Positions 21,639-32,200 of a stretch of 64,000 nt of DNA are shown here, piece after piece. Both the position numbers and the translations under genes were made by a program. The stretch is from a virus (lineage: Duplodnaviria; Heunggongvirae; Uroviricota; Caudoviricetes). The notes under the pieces were generated by a model. The model saw nothing but the letters and a program-made list of their open reading frames with translations, was not told where the DNA came from and made no database searches. The stretch spans positions 89,787 to 153,786 of the IMG/VR virus record IMGVR_UViG_3300029288_003766; one strand, 5' to 3'. Each line of letters begins with the position of its first letter. Position 1 is the first letter of the stretch.

Positions 21639-22205
21639 ATGCAGCATGATGATTTTACATCCTGGACACCAGAACATTGTAAGAGGATTATACACGAGTA
21701 TCAACATACTAAAAATAAGGAATTGTTTAATTTGCTATTGGCTAGGTATGATAAGTATTTGGTAAAGCTAGCATGGCACTACCAAAAACATTTTATATCT
21801 GTACCGCTAGAGGATCTATACCACTCTGCAATAGTGGGATTTGGAGAATTTTTAGTTCAGTTTAAACAACAGGCACCATCAAGATTAATAATGGCTGTAA
21901 TAAAAGCGTATGTTAAAACAGAAATAGAGGCCCGATATAGGAGTAAACAGGAATACGAAATCAGTAATTTTAAGAGTAATAATGAGGATGAACATAGCTT
22001 AGACGATATAATGGACGCGCACTCTATCCTAGGCTCTTCTTTCTTATCTGAAAAAGAAAAGAATCTATTAATGTTACGGTTTGAAGAAAATATGACTTTC
22101 AGAGAAGTTGGCAAAAAGTTTGGTATTACCGAACAGGGGGCTTGGCAGAGATTTAAAAAGATTGTGGGGAAGATTCGTAGAGTAATGAGGAAGGAGGAAA
22201 GATGA
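21639..22205 (+). CDS. sigma-70-family RNA polymerase sigma factor
   Basis: Region 2-like LLARYDKYLVKLA...LEDLYHSAIVG; region 4 LSEKEKNLLMLRFEENMTFREVGKKFGITEQGAWQR. Confidence 0.8.
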   Translation: MQHDDFTSWTPEHCKRIIHEYQHTKNKELFNLLLARYDKYLVKLAWHYQKHFISVPLEDLYHSAIVGFGEFLVQFKQQAPSRLIMAVIKAYVKTEIEARYRSKQEYEISNFKSNNEDEHSLDDIMDAHSILGSSFLSEKEKNLLMLRFEENMTFREVGKKFGITEQGAWQRFKKIVGKIRRVMRKEER

Positions 22206-22456
22206 CGAAAATTTTAGGTTTCTTAATGGTTGTTGGCGGAGTTGTTCTTGGTATATGGTTAGGTGTATTTGTTTGTCTTATAGGTGGGATTGTTCAGATT
22301 TTAAATAGTTTACCACACCAGGCATTGGGAGGATATATTAATACCAACGCCTTAGGAATTGCTTATGGAATTGTTAGAATATTGTTTTCAGGAGCAATTG
22401 GATGGTTGGTGGGTACTTGTGTTGTGGGTTTGGGTTTGGCATTAATGGCTGATTAA
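22202..22456 (+). CDS. small membrane protein (2-3 TM helices)
   Basis: Gly-rich hydrophobic stretches. Confidence 0.65.
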   Translation: MTKILGFLMVVGGVVLGIWLGVFVCLIGGIVQILNSLPHQALGGYINTNALGIAYGIVRILFSGAIGWLVGTCVVGLGLALMAD

Positions 22457-22663
22457 ATGAGATTGTATCCTGTAGTATTCAAAGCAGCTACCAAAGAACA
22501 GATTGCACGAAGACCTAATCCTATGAGACCAAATTTTACTTGGAGTGTTACAATTGATTTAGAAAGGGTCCATAGTATTAACCTAGAAAATGAATTGGCA
22601 AGGTTTTTGGGCAATGAAGCAAGAGTTGCTATGGATCAACTAGCTATTGATTTCCTGGTTTAA
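22457..22663 (+). CDS. FKAA-tagged minigene carrying a copy of the MCP spine-helix region
   Basis: VVFKAATKEQIARRP + RPNFTWSVTIDLERVHSINLENELARFLGNEARVAMDQLAIDF; 21/45 identical to MCP at about 63768-63900. Confidence 0.85.
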   Translation: MRLYPVVFKAATKEQIARRPNPMRPNFTWSVTIDLERVHSINLENELARFLGNEARVAMDQLAIDFLV

Positions 22664-22675
22664 GGTGGATTATTA

Positions 22676-22900
22676 ATGGAAACAAATGATATTGTAGTAT
22701 TCAAAGCAGCTACTAAAGAACAGATAGCTAGAAGACCTAAGCATAATCTGAATAATCGTGATGCTCTTATAACTACTTGGTCACCTTATATTGAGAGCGT
22801 TCGTAATTATATGCGTAATCAAGGACATCCTTTAACTGAAGATAATGAGAGAAATATAGCTCGTTGCTTGGAAAATTCTTTGAATAGGTATATTGAATGA
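22676..22900 (+). CDS. FKAA-tagged minigene carrying a copy of the MCP N-terminal propeptide
   Basis: VVFKAATKEQIARRP + WSPYIESVRNYM...LTEDNERNIARCLEN vs MCP WNPYITSVRNYM...LTENDERNIARCLEN. Confidence 0.9.
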   Translation: METNDIVVFKAATKEQIARRPKHNLNNRDALITTWSPYIESVRNYMRNQGHPLTEDNERNIARCLENSLNRYIE

Positions 22901-23076
22901 AACCAATATTTAAAGCAGCAACATCAGAACAGATTGCCAAACGGCCAAAATCTACGTCGAATTATCTTAATGCGGGATTTATTTATGCTCCTTATACTCC
23001 TGTGTATGGAACACCAAGAATTATTATGGATGAACTTCGTGTAAGGGCATCAATTAGGAAACTGCAGGATGAATAA
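22897..23076 (+). CDS. FKAA-tagged minigene (59 aa, not in ORF track) carrying a gp23-type C-terminal motif
   Basis: MKPIFKAATSEQIAKRP + NYLNAGFIYAPYTPVYGTP, resembling the AG(Y/I)xYAPYxP motif of gp23-type MCPs; ATGA-coupled. Confidence 0.75.
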   Translation: MKPIFKAATSEQIAKRPKSTSNYLNAGFIYAPYTPVYGTPRIIMDELRVRASIRKLQDE

Positions 23077-25220
23077 AATTAATTTATGCCCACAATGTAA
23101 AACTGGAATATTAGTATGTTGTCCGTCTAAGGATCAAGTAGATGAATGGACTACATATTGTTTGCAGTGTGATTACAAAGGTCTGCACAAAAGAATTAAA
23201 CAAACACTCATAGATTTCCCAGATAGGAGGGAGGAGTAATGGAAGAAATTGATTTTGTAAAATCACTAGATAAAGACGGGATTTACATAGTGGGATTTTC
23301 AAAGACTTGGAGTATGGATCAAATAAAAGAGTTCTTCGAGATAACTCGTGGTCTGGGATTACAGATTATGGGTGTCTACTCAGATGGGTTTACTCTAATG
23401 GAGCCAATTGGAGTTGATAAAGAGAAACTGAGGGAATTATTAAAATGAAAATAAAAACAGTTATTTACGGAAGAAGTAATACGATACATCGCACTAAACT
23501 TTTAAATATAGAAGTAGACGCAAAAACAGGAGAAGTGGTATCTGTTTGGTTTAGATGTTTAGCATTGCCTTTCAACATAACTAAAACAGATAAAGAAAGA
23601 ACAGCGGAAATGAAAAGAATGTATAAAGAAAACAAGCCAAATGAAATTAACGCTATTGAGATATTGAATGAAAACTAAACTATTCTTCATACTTATATTG
23701 CCTTTATTGATGCTAGGATGTGCTAAGCAAGATCCTGATGAAATAAATTTAAGAAGTATCTATATAAAGTTGGCTCAGAACAACGCTTTACTAAAAGAGC
23801 AGAATGATAATTTAGGAAAAATTTTAAATATTTTAACTGCCAATAGGGAAGATGATTTAAAACAAAAAGCCTCATGGGGGACTTCTACTTCTAAAAAGTA
23901 AAGGGATGTATAGATAATAATGGTGAATAAAACGGAGGATGAATACTATGGACAAAGCCCAAAGGTTGGCGATAATACTTTTGGTTTTCTGTGGATGTTT
24001 TATAGGCTTACTGGGAAAAATAGAGGGAGTTGCTTTGATGTGTTTGGGTATTTGGCTTATGCAACTAATGCATGAAACATAATTGGAGGTATTAGTATGG
24101 GAAAGTTTGAAACCAAAACATATTTTCTAAGCCCGAAGGATGTTGAAATAATTTGGTTGGATAAGAAAGGTGATGTAATAACCGATTCAAACAAAGTTTG
24201 TATTTCTTATCTTTGGGAAGCTAAATTTACAGGAGCAGGAGTAAACATAGATCCTTTTCTAGTCCAAAGGATAAAATTTCCTGAGTTGAAAAATGATTTT
24301 AGTAGTAGTGAAAGAGAGGATTATTTGGTAGAAGTAGAGGTTATTACTGACCAGAGAGTAATAGAATGTCATGAGAAGATAAAGAAGATGGATAAATAAC
24401 TGGGGAGGATAAAATGATTAATGATAGTGGTTGTGACCAGACTAAAAGAAAACCGACACAAATAGAAGAACAAATAGATTGTTGTGAGAAAGGTATATGT
24501 AATTTAGAAACTTCAATAAATACTTTAGAAAATAGGTTGGGGGGAGTGCTGACAAAATTTCTTGATTGTAAAAAAACTGAAGGAAATGTTGAAATAGAAT
24601 TAGTTCCCCTAGCTAGTGTATTAAGAACTTTTGCTAATAGGATAAATAAAGCTGTGGGGAAAATTAATGATATAGAAGGTAGAATAGAGATATAGAAGAT
24701 TAATGTAAAATGATGGGGGCTGGTATGAAACCAATTGATTTTAAACAATCTAATGTTGTATTCGCTAAGGATCAAGCACCATATCTTCCTTTACCTGCTT
24801 ATAGAGACGATATTCAAGGAGGAAGGATTTTCCATTGTTGGGAGTTAACTATTAAAGAGAGGTTTAAAGTTTTATTTACAGGTAAGCTTTGGGTAAATGT
24901 TTTAAATTTCGGAAAGCCACCTCAGCCTTTAAAGCTTATGGTGGATAGTCCATTTAAAGACAGGAGGCTTAATGGATACAAGAACAGGTGATATAGTAAA
25001 TATGGATACGGTAGAAAAGTTGAAACTTGATCCAAAGACAGCTCCGCAAGCTAAATGGTATAAAGAGATCCCACCGGAGTTATTACCACAGTTGGAAGGA
25101 ATGAATAGAAAGCAACGGCGAGCTTGGTATTCACAGAATAAACATTTATTTAAGAAAATCTCACTTGAAGATATTGTGCCAATAAAAACAGTAGAGGAAA
25201 GTTTTAAGGAGAATATATGA
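23069..25220 (+). other. run of small hypothetical genes (23069-23239 Zn ribbon, 23239-23448, 23445-23678, 23668-23901, 23948-24082 membrane, 24097-24399, 24414-24695, 24710-24991, 24972-25220)
   Basis: Packed, coupled ORFs on + strand. Confidence 0.55.
23668..23901 (+). CDS. putative lipoprotein
   Basis: MKTKLFFILILPLLMLG-C signal peptide with lipobox. Confidence 0.55.
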   Translation: MKTKLFFILILPLLMLGCAKQDPDEINLRSIYIKLAQNNALLKEQNDNLGKILNILTANREDDLKQKASWGTSTSKK

Positions 25221-25780
25221 AATACAGAAAGAAACCTGTAGTAATCGAAGCAACGCGGTGGTTCAAGAATGGTGATCATCCGCAGGATAATTGCTTCAGG
25301 CCGTTTGAGGATACAGGTGCTTACCCAACAGAACCAAGAGAAGGAGCGGTTGTTAGGTATTATCGGCACCCTAGTATAAGTGGAGTATCTATCTGCTCAA
25401 AGTGTGGGCATATGATGCATGGACATGGATGGATAGATACTCTTGAAGATGGTCATAATGTCTGCCCAGGAGATTGGATCATTACAGGAATCTTGGGCGA
25501 ATATTACCCCTGCAAGCCAGATGTGTTTGAGAAAACATATGAAGAGGTTAATAACACCCTAACTAATATTAATGAAGTTCTGCAGAGATTAAAATATCCT
25601 ATTGATTTAGACGGGATTTCTGTTCCAGAAGCTATAGCAGCTATAAAAGATATTTTGATTAGTGGACTGCCAAAAGAAAGAGATGTTAACCTACCTCCAT
25701 TTGGGCATTATGAGCATGCGTTCAAAGAAGGTTACAATTGGTGTCTTAAAGACGTTATTAAGACAATAGAGGAGGCTTAA
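25217..25780 (+). CDS. conserved phage protein (MKYRKKPVVIEA / PGDWII...YPCKPDVFEKTY family)
   Basis: Characteristic N-terminus and PGDWIITG motif. Confidence 0.75.
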   Translation: MKYRKKPVVIEATRWFKNGDHPQDNCFRPFEDTGAYPTEPREGAVVRYYRHPSISGVSICSKCGHMMHGHGWIDTLEDGHNVCPGDWIITGILGEYYPCKPDVFEKTYEEVNNTLTNINEVLQRLKYPIDLDGISVPEAIAAIKDILISGLPKERDVNLPPFGHYEHAFKEGYNWCLKDVIKTIEEA

Positions 25781-26343
25781 TGGATTATATTCCGCAAACA
25801 GGTGATGTGTTTTTAGTAGACAGCAGTAAAATAGGTCCAAAGATTGTTAAGTTTCTGCAGACTGCGCCTACGCTTTGGCAATATATTTGGAGGGCTATTA
25901 GAGGCACACAGCAGACGGTTAGATACTTTCATGCTGGTATGGTTTTAAACTCTACACAGGTCATAGAGCAGCAATGGAAGGTCCAATATGGCCAAGTATC
26001 TAAGTTTTTGGGCAAAAGAGTGATTGTTTACAGATTTAAGCATATAACACCGAGTATACAAAACGCTTTGTCTATAGCAGCTTTAGAGGATCTTGGCAAG
26101 GCTTATGATATTCCTTTGGTAATCGGCAGGACCATAACTTGGTTGACAGGTATTATGTGGTTTACAGACTTTTTGGGAAGGATCACGAAGGAAGAAGAAT
26201 GGTGCGTGACCAGGCTGGCCGAATGGTGGTGGCCATGGTGTAAGTTTGGGATCGGGGACCATAGTGAGATAACAACTAAGGTCATAGATGAATATTATTC
26301 AAAACATTCTGATGAATGGGAGGTGGTATACCAAAATGGCTGA
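25780..26343 (+). CDS. permuted papain-like NlpC/P60 (YiiX/YebB-like) enzyme
   Basis: GDVFLV, YFHAGMV (His), GKAYD, EEWCVTRLAE (Cys). Confidence 0.65.
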   Translation: MDYIPQTGDVFLVDSSKIGPKIVKFLQTAPTLWQYIWRAIRGTQQTVRYFHAGMVLNSTQVIEQQWKVQYGQVSKFLGKRVIVYRFKHITPSIQNALSIAALEDLGKAYDIPLVIGRTITWLTGIMWFTDFLGRITKEEEWCVTRLAEWWWPWCKFGIGDHSEITTKVIDEYYSKHSDEWEVVYQNG

Positions 26344-26860
26344 TCCAATTTCTCAGGACTATAAGGACGGGTATAAAGACGGATATGAAAGGTGTGAATT
26401 AGCGAAGATACATACATTGAAAACAGCTAAAGCTATACGCGAACAATGTGATAAGGATATAAAGAAACTACAGAAGATTTGTAAGCATCCTAAGGTTACT
26501 AATGATGTGTTTGAATCTTACGGTCCGGGTCATTTCACAGGAAGGGTGTTAAAGATATGTGCTATTTGTGAAAAGGTACTTGAAACTAGAGGAGGCTATC
26601 CCGATCTTGGATCTAATTTTGGTAAGGTGCAAGATCCTAAGTTTGGTGTAAATCAAAAGCCGCAGGTTCCCAGGCCGAAGGATCCTCCAAAAGGTCAAAA
26701 ACCTAAGGATGAGTGCTCAAACTGCCGAGGAACTGGCCAGGTTCCTTGGGATGCTATAGGAAGTGGATATGAGGGAGATCTATTTGGTTGTAAGATCCCT
26801 GATCATATTGAGTGTGATAAATGTAAAGGAACAGGGAAGTTAGATAAGAGAAGTAAATAA
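26336..26860 (+). CDS. Cys-rich protein with DnaJ-type CxxCxGxG zinc-finger repeats
   Basis: CSNCRGTG and CDKCKGTG, plus CKHP/CAIC. Confidence 0.6.
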   Translation: MADPISQDYKDGYKDGYERCELAKIHTLKTAKAIREQCDKDIKKLQKICKHPKVTNDVFESYGPGHFTGRVLKICAICEKVLETRGGYPDLGSNFGKVQDPKFGVNQKPQVPRPKDPPKGQKPKDECSNCRGTGQVPWDAIGSGYEGDLFGCKIPDHIECDKCKGTGKLDKRSK

Positions 26861-26861
26861 A

Positions 26862-27581
26862 ATGAAAAATAAAGCAATAGCAATAATCGGAATAGTATTT
26901 TATATGTTAGGAGTTATACTGTCTGCTGAAGATTTACAAGGAAGTCCCAGATTCCCACCAATGTTAATATTGATTTCTGGAACAGGAATGTTGATGTTCA
27001 TCATTATGGCAACGATTCACCTCTGGAAAGATAAGAGATACCTATCAGTAATTCTAACATTATCAACCATCCTTTTTGGTGTATTAACAGTAATTTGCGA
27101 TTATGTAAAATTAAATGTAATTATCTTAACTAATATAACTTCGGTGGTTTGGATCATCGCATACTTTTGGACAATAGTAACACTCTTTAGGAAGAGAGAC
27201 TATGAAACGCTAAAGGAGAAATAATATGAAACAAGATTGGATGAAAAAAAGAACAAGAAAGATAATACCGATAGGCGGTTATGATGTGGTTGAAATAGCA
27301 AATATTGTTACTAATGGTCCACAAAGTAGTAAAGACGGACAAGAATATCGCCCTGCAAGGCCTCTGCCCTATTATTGTCTTTTAGATAGGATTAGGCTGG
27401 CTGTAGATGTTTTAAGATATAAAGCAGATGTTATATATTGGAGCGAATAAAATTAAGGAGGATTAGAATGGACATTATATGCCCTTTTTGTGGTTCAGAT
27501 AATTGCGTAAAAAGCCCGGATGTGGGTGATTTTATCTGTGATGATTGCGGAGAGTATTTTACGGAAGCGGATCTGTTATAA
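26862..27581 (+). other. membrane protein (26862-27224), hypothetical (27226-27450), 37-aa Zn ribbon (27468-27581)
   Basis: Four hydrophobic helices in the first; CPFCG...CDDCG in the last. Confidence 0.55.
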
Positions 27582-27826
27582 TGAATGATCTACCAGTTGT
27601 AGTATTCAAAGCAGCCACCCAGGAACAGATAGCTAAAAGGCCACGGCCCAAAAACTCTAATGATTTCGGATCATTCTCTGAGGTGCAAATGAGGATGGTT
27701 GTATTACGTTGGAAGCCTTATATAGATGCGGTTAATGACTATCTTCATCAGAACCTTTACAACCATCCAGATTATAGGGAGGAGTTTGGTAAGGTCTTAT
27801 CAGAATTTAGGGAGCGGAATAGGTAG
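27581..27826 (+). CDS. FKAA-tagged minigene with a diverged MCP-propeptide-like segment
   Basis: VVFKAATQEQIAKRP + RWKPYIDAVNDYL (MCP has SWNPYITSVRNYM); true start at 27581 by TAATG overlap. Confidence 0.7.
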   Translation: MNDLPVVVFKAATQEQIAKRPRPKNSNDFGSFSEVQMRMVVLRWKPYIDAVNDYLHQNLYNHPDYREEFGKVLSEFRERNR

Positions 27827-27854
27827 TTAGGTTAAAAATTTAGATCAAAATCAG

Positions 27855-27897
27855 AGCGTAGTAGGAGGGATAACATTTCCTTTTACTACGCTTTTTT
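27855..27897 (+). terminator. rho-independent terminator
   Basis: Stem AGCGTAGTAGGAGGGA / TTTCCTTTTACTACGCT followed by a T-run, before a ~115-bp AT-rich gap. Confidence 0.85.
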
Positions 27898-28013
27898 GTT
27901 AATTCTTCTAACATTTTTGTTTAGTTTAACTTAGGTAGACTTATATATATTATTGGTAGGGATAAAATGTGTTGGGGGAAAACTGACCATATTTTCATAT
28001 TTAGAGGGCATAA

Positions 28014-28334
28014 TTGCTTCCATATAACCAAAACGAATACGATAAAAGATCTAAAGAACTCTTCTCCAAAGTTGCGGGAAGAGATCATTTATATATAGAG
28101 ATTTGTGGGGAGTGTAAGATGCCTTTTATTCAATCTCTTTCCTTTACATCTAACTACCCATTCTGTGTAACCTGTAGAAAGCAGGCTAAAAAAGACCAGA
28201 AGTGGAAGAACAGGGTAAAAGAGCTCCAATCAGCAGACTTTCCCATCTCAGATAGTTTAACTCTCACGCCAACTAATCGCCAACTGAAAGACATATCCGA
28301 TTTAACAGTAGATTTAATTAAGAAGGGGAATTAA
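28014..28334 (+). CDS. hypothetical zinc-finger protein
   Basis: CGEC...CVTC. Confidence 0.55.
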   Translation: MLPYNQNEYDKRSKELFSKVAGRDHLYIEICGECKMPFIQSLSFTSNYPFCVTCRKQAKKDQKWKNRVKELQSADFPISDSLTLTPTNRQLKDISDLTVDLIKKGN

Positions 28335-28339
28335 TCTAT

Positions 28340-29239
28340 ATGAATAACCCCTATGGCTACATTTATGAAACAACTAACTTACTGAATAATAAGAAGTATA
28401 TTGGTCAAAAGAAGGGTAAATTTAATGGCTGCTACTATGGTAGTGGCCTTATTCTTAAAAAAGCTATTCAGAAGCATGGCATAGGTAGTTTTAATATCAA
28501 AGTGTTGACAAGTGCTGAAAACAAGGCCAAACTTGATGAATTAGAACGATCTTACATAGCTGAATACAGAAGGATATTTGGGCGTAGGGGGTTATATAAC
28601 ATTGCCAACGGTGGTATCAATGGTGATGTTTTGGATATTAGAGATAAAACTTATGAAGAAGTATATGGTAAAAAGAAAGCAGCCGAGATAAAGAAGAAGA
28701 TTGGTGAAGCCAGCAGGGGGCATATATTGTCACAAGAGGGTAAAGATAAGATCAGTAAGGCCTTATCTGGTAAACCAAAATCAGAAGAACATAGGGCAAA
28801 GTTACGTGTTTTGATAGCTCCTAGGGAAACTAGAAAATGTCAATGTTCTTCTGAGTGTACTGAAACATTTGTTTGCAAAGTAACATCTGAGAAAAGATTT
28901 ATTCAGAAACACATAAACAGGGGTGAAAATAACCCGTCTTTTGGTATGGACAGATCTGGTGAAAATGGTCCAACTTATGGGCATAAGTGGATGCATAAAG
29001 ATATTGATGAAAAATTAGTAAAGGCAGATGACATCTTAAAATATGAACAACTGGGGTGGGTTTTTGGTCGTATATCTGACACTATAGAGCATAGGGATAA
29101 ACTGCATCAAGCTCAAACAGGAAGAAGATATATTTATAATAAAGAAATAAATAAATCTATGAGAGTTAAGGAAAAAGATGCTCCAACATATATTAATAAT
29201 GGTTGGATATTTGGGAGGGGATTAAAATTAACATATTAA
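28340..29239 (+). mobile_element. Seg-like GIY-YIG homing endonuclease with NUMOD3
   Basis: YGYIYETTNLLNNKKYIGQ, YYGSG, GLYNIANGG, GKPKSEEHRAKL. Confidence 0.88.
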
Positions 29240-32200
29240 AATTCCTGCGGGGAAAACTTGTTCCACCAAGGACTCCAGTAACTCCTGCTGAGGTCAAAGC
29301 AGTAGTGGGGAATAAAGATAATTCAGAGCTATTCAGGACCTATGGTATTACGAATGATGCGCTGAGACAGGTTATAGCTGATCAAAATTTAATTATATAT
29401 GAAAGATCAAGCATTTATCAGGTTGTGGACCGTTCTCTTTGTTTTACTGGTGATACAAAAGTGGCCTTGCTGGATGGTAGAGATATAGAGATTAAACAAT
29501 TAGTAGAAGAGTTTAATCAAGGAAAAGTTAATTATGTATACTCTATTGATAATGTGGGAAGAAGATTAGTCCGTAGTCCAATTAAATGGGTGGGTAAGAC
29601 TGGAACTAAAGAAATTATAAAAGTTGTTTTAGATGATGGTTCAGAGATTAAATGTACTCCGAACCATCTTTTTATGTTAAGAGATGGTAGCTATAAAGAA
29701 GCTAAGGATCTCCAGCATGATGAATCTTTAATGCCTTTATATAGATATATAGATAACTATAAACGTAAGGGATACTGGAGGATATATAATCCGTTTAATC
29801 AGCATATAAATAAAGAAAAAGAATATTGTGTCCAGTATTTATATTTTAATAAGGATAGGCCAAAAGGAACTATTGTTCATCATGCCTTCAAAAACTTCTA
29901 TGATTTTAACCAGAATAAGCTAGATGATACTCCTGATAATCACCAAATAATTACAAAGTCTGAACACAACTCAATTCACGCTGATTTACACCCAAAACAA
30001 AGTTGGATGATTATTTTGAAAACTACTAATTATGCTAAATATCTTGAGTGGTGCAGGAATATAAGTATTAGCCGGATAGCTAAAAAGATCCCTACTTGGC
30101 AAACAGGTTTGACTAAAGAAACAGATGAAAGGTTATCTAAACTATCTAAAAAGATGACTGGAGTGAAGTATCCAGAAGAGCGTACTTTCAATTCTGTTGT
30201 TACCCAATTACAGAATAAAAGGGGTATTAGTAGAGAAGAAGCTATTAAGATTTACCAATTTAATAGGACTAATATTCTATGTCCTATTTGCGGTAAATTA
30301 ATGGACCCTCATAGGAAAACTTGTTCTTACGAATGCAAGTATGAAAAACAAAGAATTGATAAAATTACTCCTTGGAATAAAGGTTTAAAGAATCATAAAG
30401 TTAAAGAAATAATCCAACTAGATGTTGTTGAAGATGTTTATGATCTTACTGTGGAACCTTATCATAACTTTGCTTTAACAGCAGGAGTTTTTGTTCATAA
30501 TTGCCATGCTTTGATGTCTGCGGCCTGCGTAGCCTTTGCCGATTGTGCAACTATTAGGTCCCCACTCCACGGATCTACAGTCTGGGTTACATCAGATAAC
30601 AAAGAATATAGATATCAGCTGGAGAAGATGCTTGATGTCATTAATATAGAAGAAGTTATATATGATTGGGCGTGGACCTGTGCCGCATTTGGGGATATGT
30701 TTGTAGAAATCTTCGGTGAGCCTGGCGTGGGCATCGTCTGTGTGAATGATGACAACCACCCGATTAATGTAAGCCGCGTGGATCATAATGGTAGGCTTGT
30801 AGGCTTCTTCCAGACACCGCTTGGTTATGCTACATCTGATACACGTAAGCTTCTTGCTCCTTGGGACCAAGTTCATTTCAGATTACTAGGTGCCAAAAAG
30901 CGAAGACCACTTTACCAAGACCAGCAATATTCGGAATTTAGAACTATATCAATTATGACACCCGACGCTCGACGCTTGACCTCCAAGTACGGAACTTCCA
31001 TTTTAGCCGACGCCCTCCCGGTATGGAAGCGATTGCGACTCGCTGAGGATTCTATTATGATTGCACGTATCATGAAGAGTCCTCAGCGTTTTCTTTTTAA
31101 GGTGGTAATACCAGATGATAACTCTAATGCTGAGGCAGTAGCTAACCTTGTCGACCAATATCAAGCGGAGATAAAACGCTGTTTGGTTGGTGACACAAAA
31201 ATAGCCTTGTTGAACAATACGAATCCAACAATTAGGGAAATGGCGGAGAACAAAGAGAAATACATCGGAAAATATGTTTATAGTATAAACCCAATTACTA
31301 AAGCTATTGAGCCGGATAAAATTGTAGATGTGGTGAAGACAGTTGTTGATGCTACTGTCATGAGGGTTCACTTGGACAATGAGGAGTATGTCGACTGTAC
31401 TCCGGACCATAGGTTTATGATGCGAGACGGTAGTTTCAAGGAAGCCAAGGATTTAACTCGGGGTTACAGTTTGATGCCTCTATACATGAGGATTAATGAC
31501 GAAAGAAGACGAAAAGTATTTAATCCGAAGACTGGCAAGTTCTCATTGGTTTACAAACTAGTTTCTGAGTGTATTGACGGTAAGACTCCTACGGATTGTG
31601 TGGTTCACCACGAAAACGAGAATAAGCTGGACGATGATCCATCTAATCTAAAAATTGTTACTAAACACGACCACATGTCGATTCATCATCTGTTCAAGGA
31701 TAAGATAATAACTAAACATGGAACGAATGAGGCTTGGAATAAAGGATTAACTAAAGAGACCGATGAACGTGTTGCTAAATACGCAAAGACTGTTGGAGAA
31801 GTTCAAAGAGACTTGTATGCTCTTGGGTTAAAGAAGGTTTGGAACAAGGGTCTAACGAAAGAGGAGGACCCGAGGATGCGTATTATCTCGGAGAAGGTTA
31901 AGGAAAGCAATCCTATGGGTCGTCCAGAGGTTCGTGCCAACGCTTCTAAGTCTAAGATGGGCAACCATAATAAGCCTCGAGTTCTGAGAGAAACTAGAAT
32001 TTGTCAGTGCGGTTGCGACGGAACATTTGAATGCAAGTCAAACTCTGAGCAGACGTATATACATAATCACCACAGGAAGAACAAAAGAAACAGCCTTGAT
32101 CATAACCAGAAGATTGCGTTCGCACATTCTAAGCACGAACATGCCGTTGTAAACCACAAAGTCGTCAGAGTTGAAGTCCTTCCATATACAATAGACACTT

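Noticed and set aside
22676-22900. Minigene/MCP pair as a diversity-generating retroelement template/variable repeat
   Set aside because: Mismatches are not restricted to adenines and no reverse transcriptase is present in the window.
27900-28013. Promoter in the AT-rich gap after the terminator
   Set aside because: Likely by position, but I could not identify a convincing -35/-10 pair or a T4-type TATAAATA late motif.
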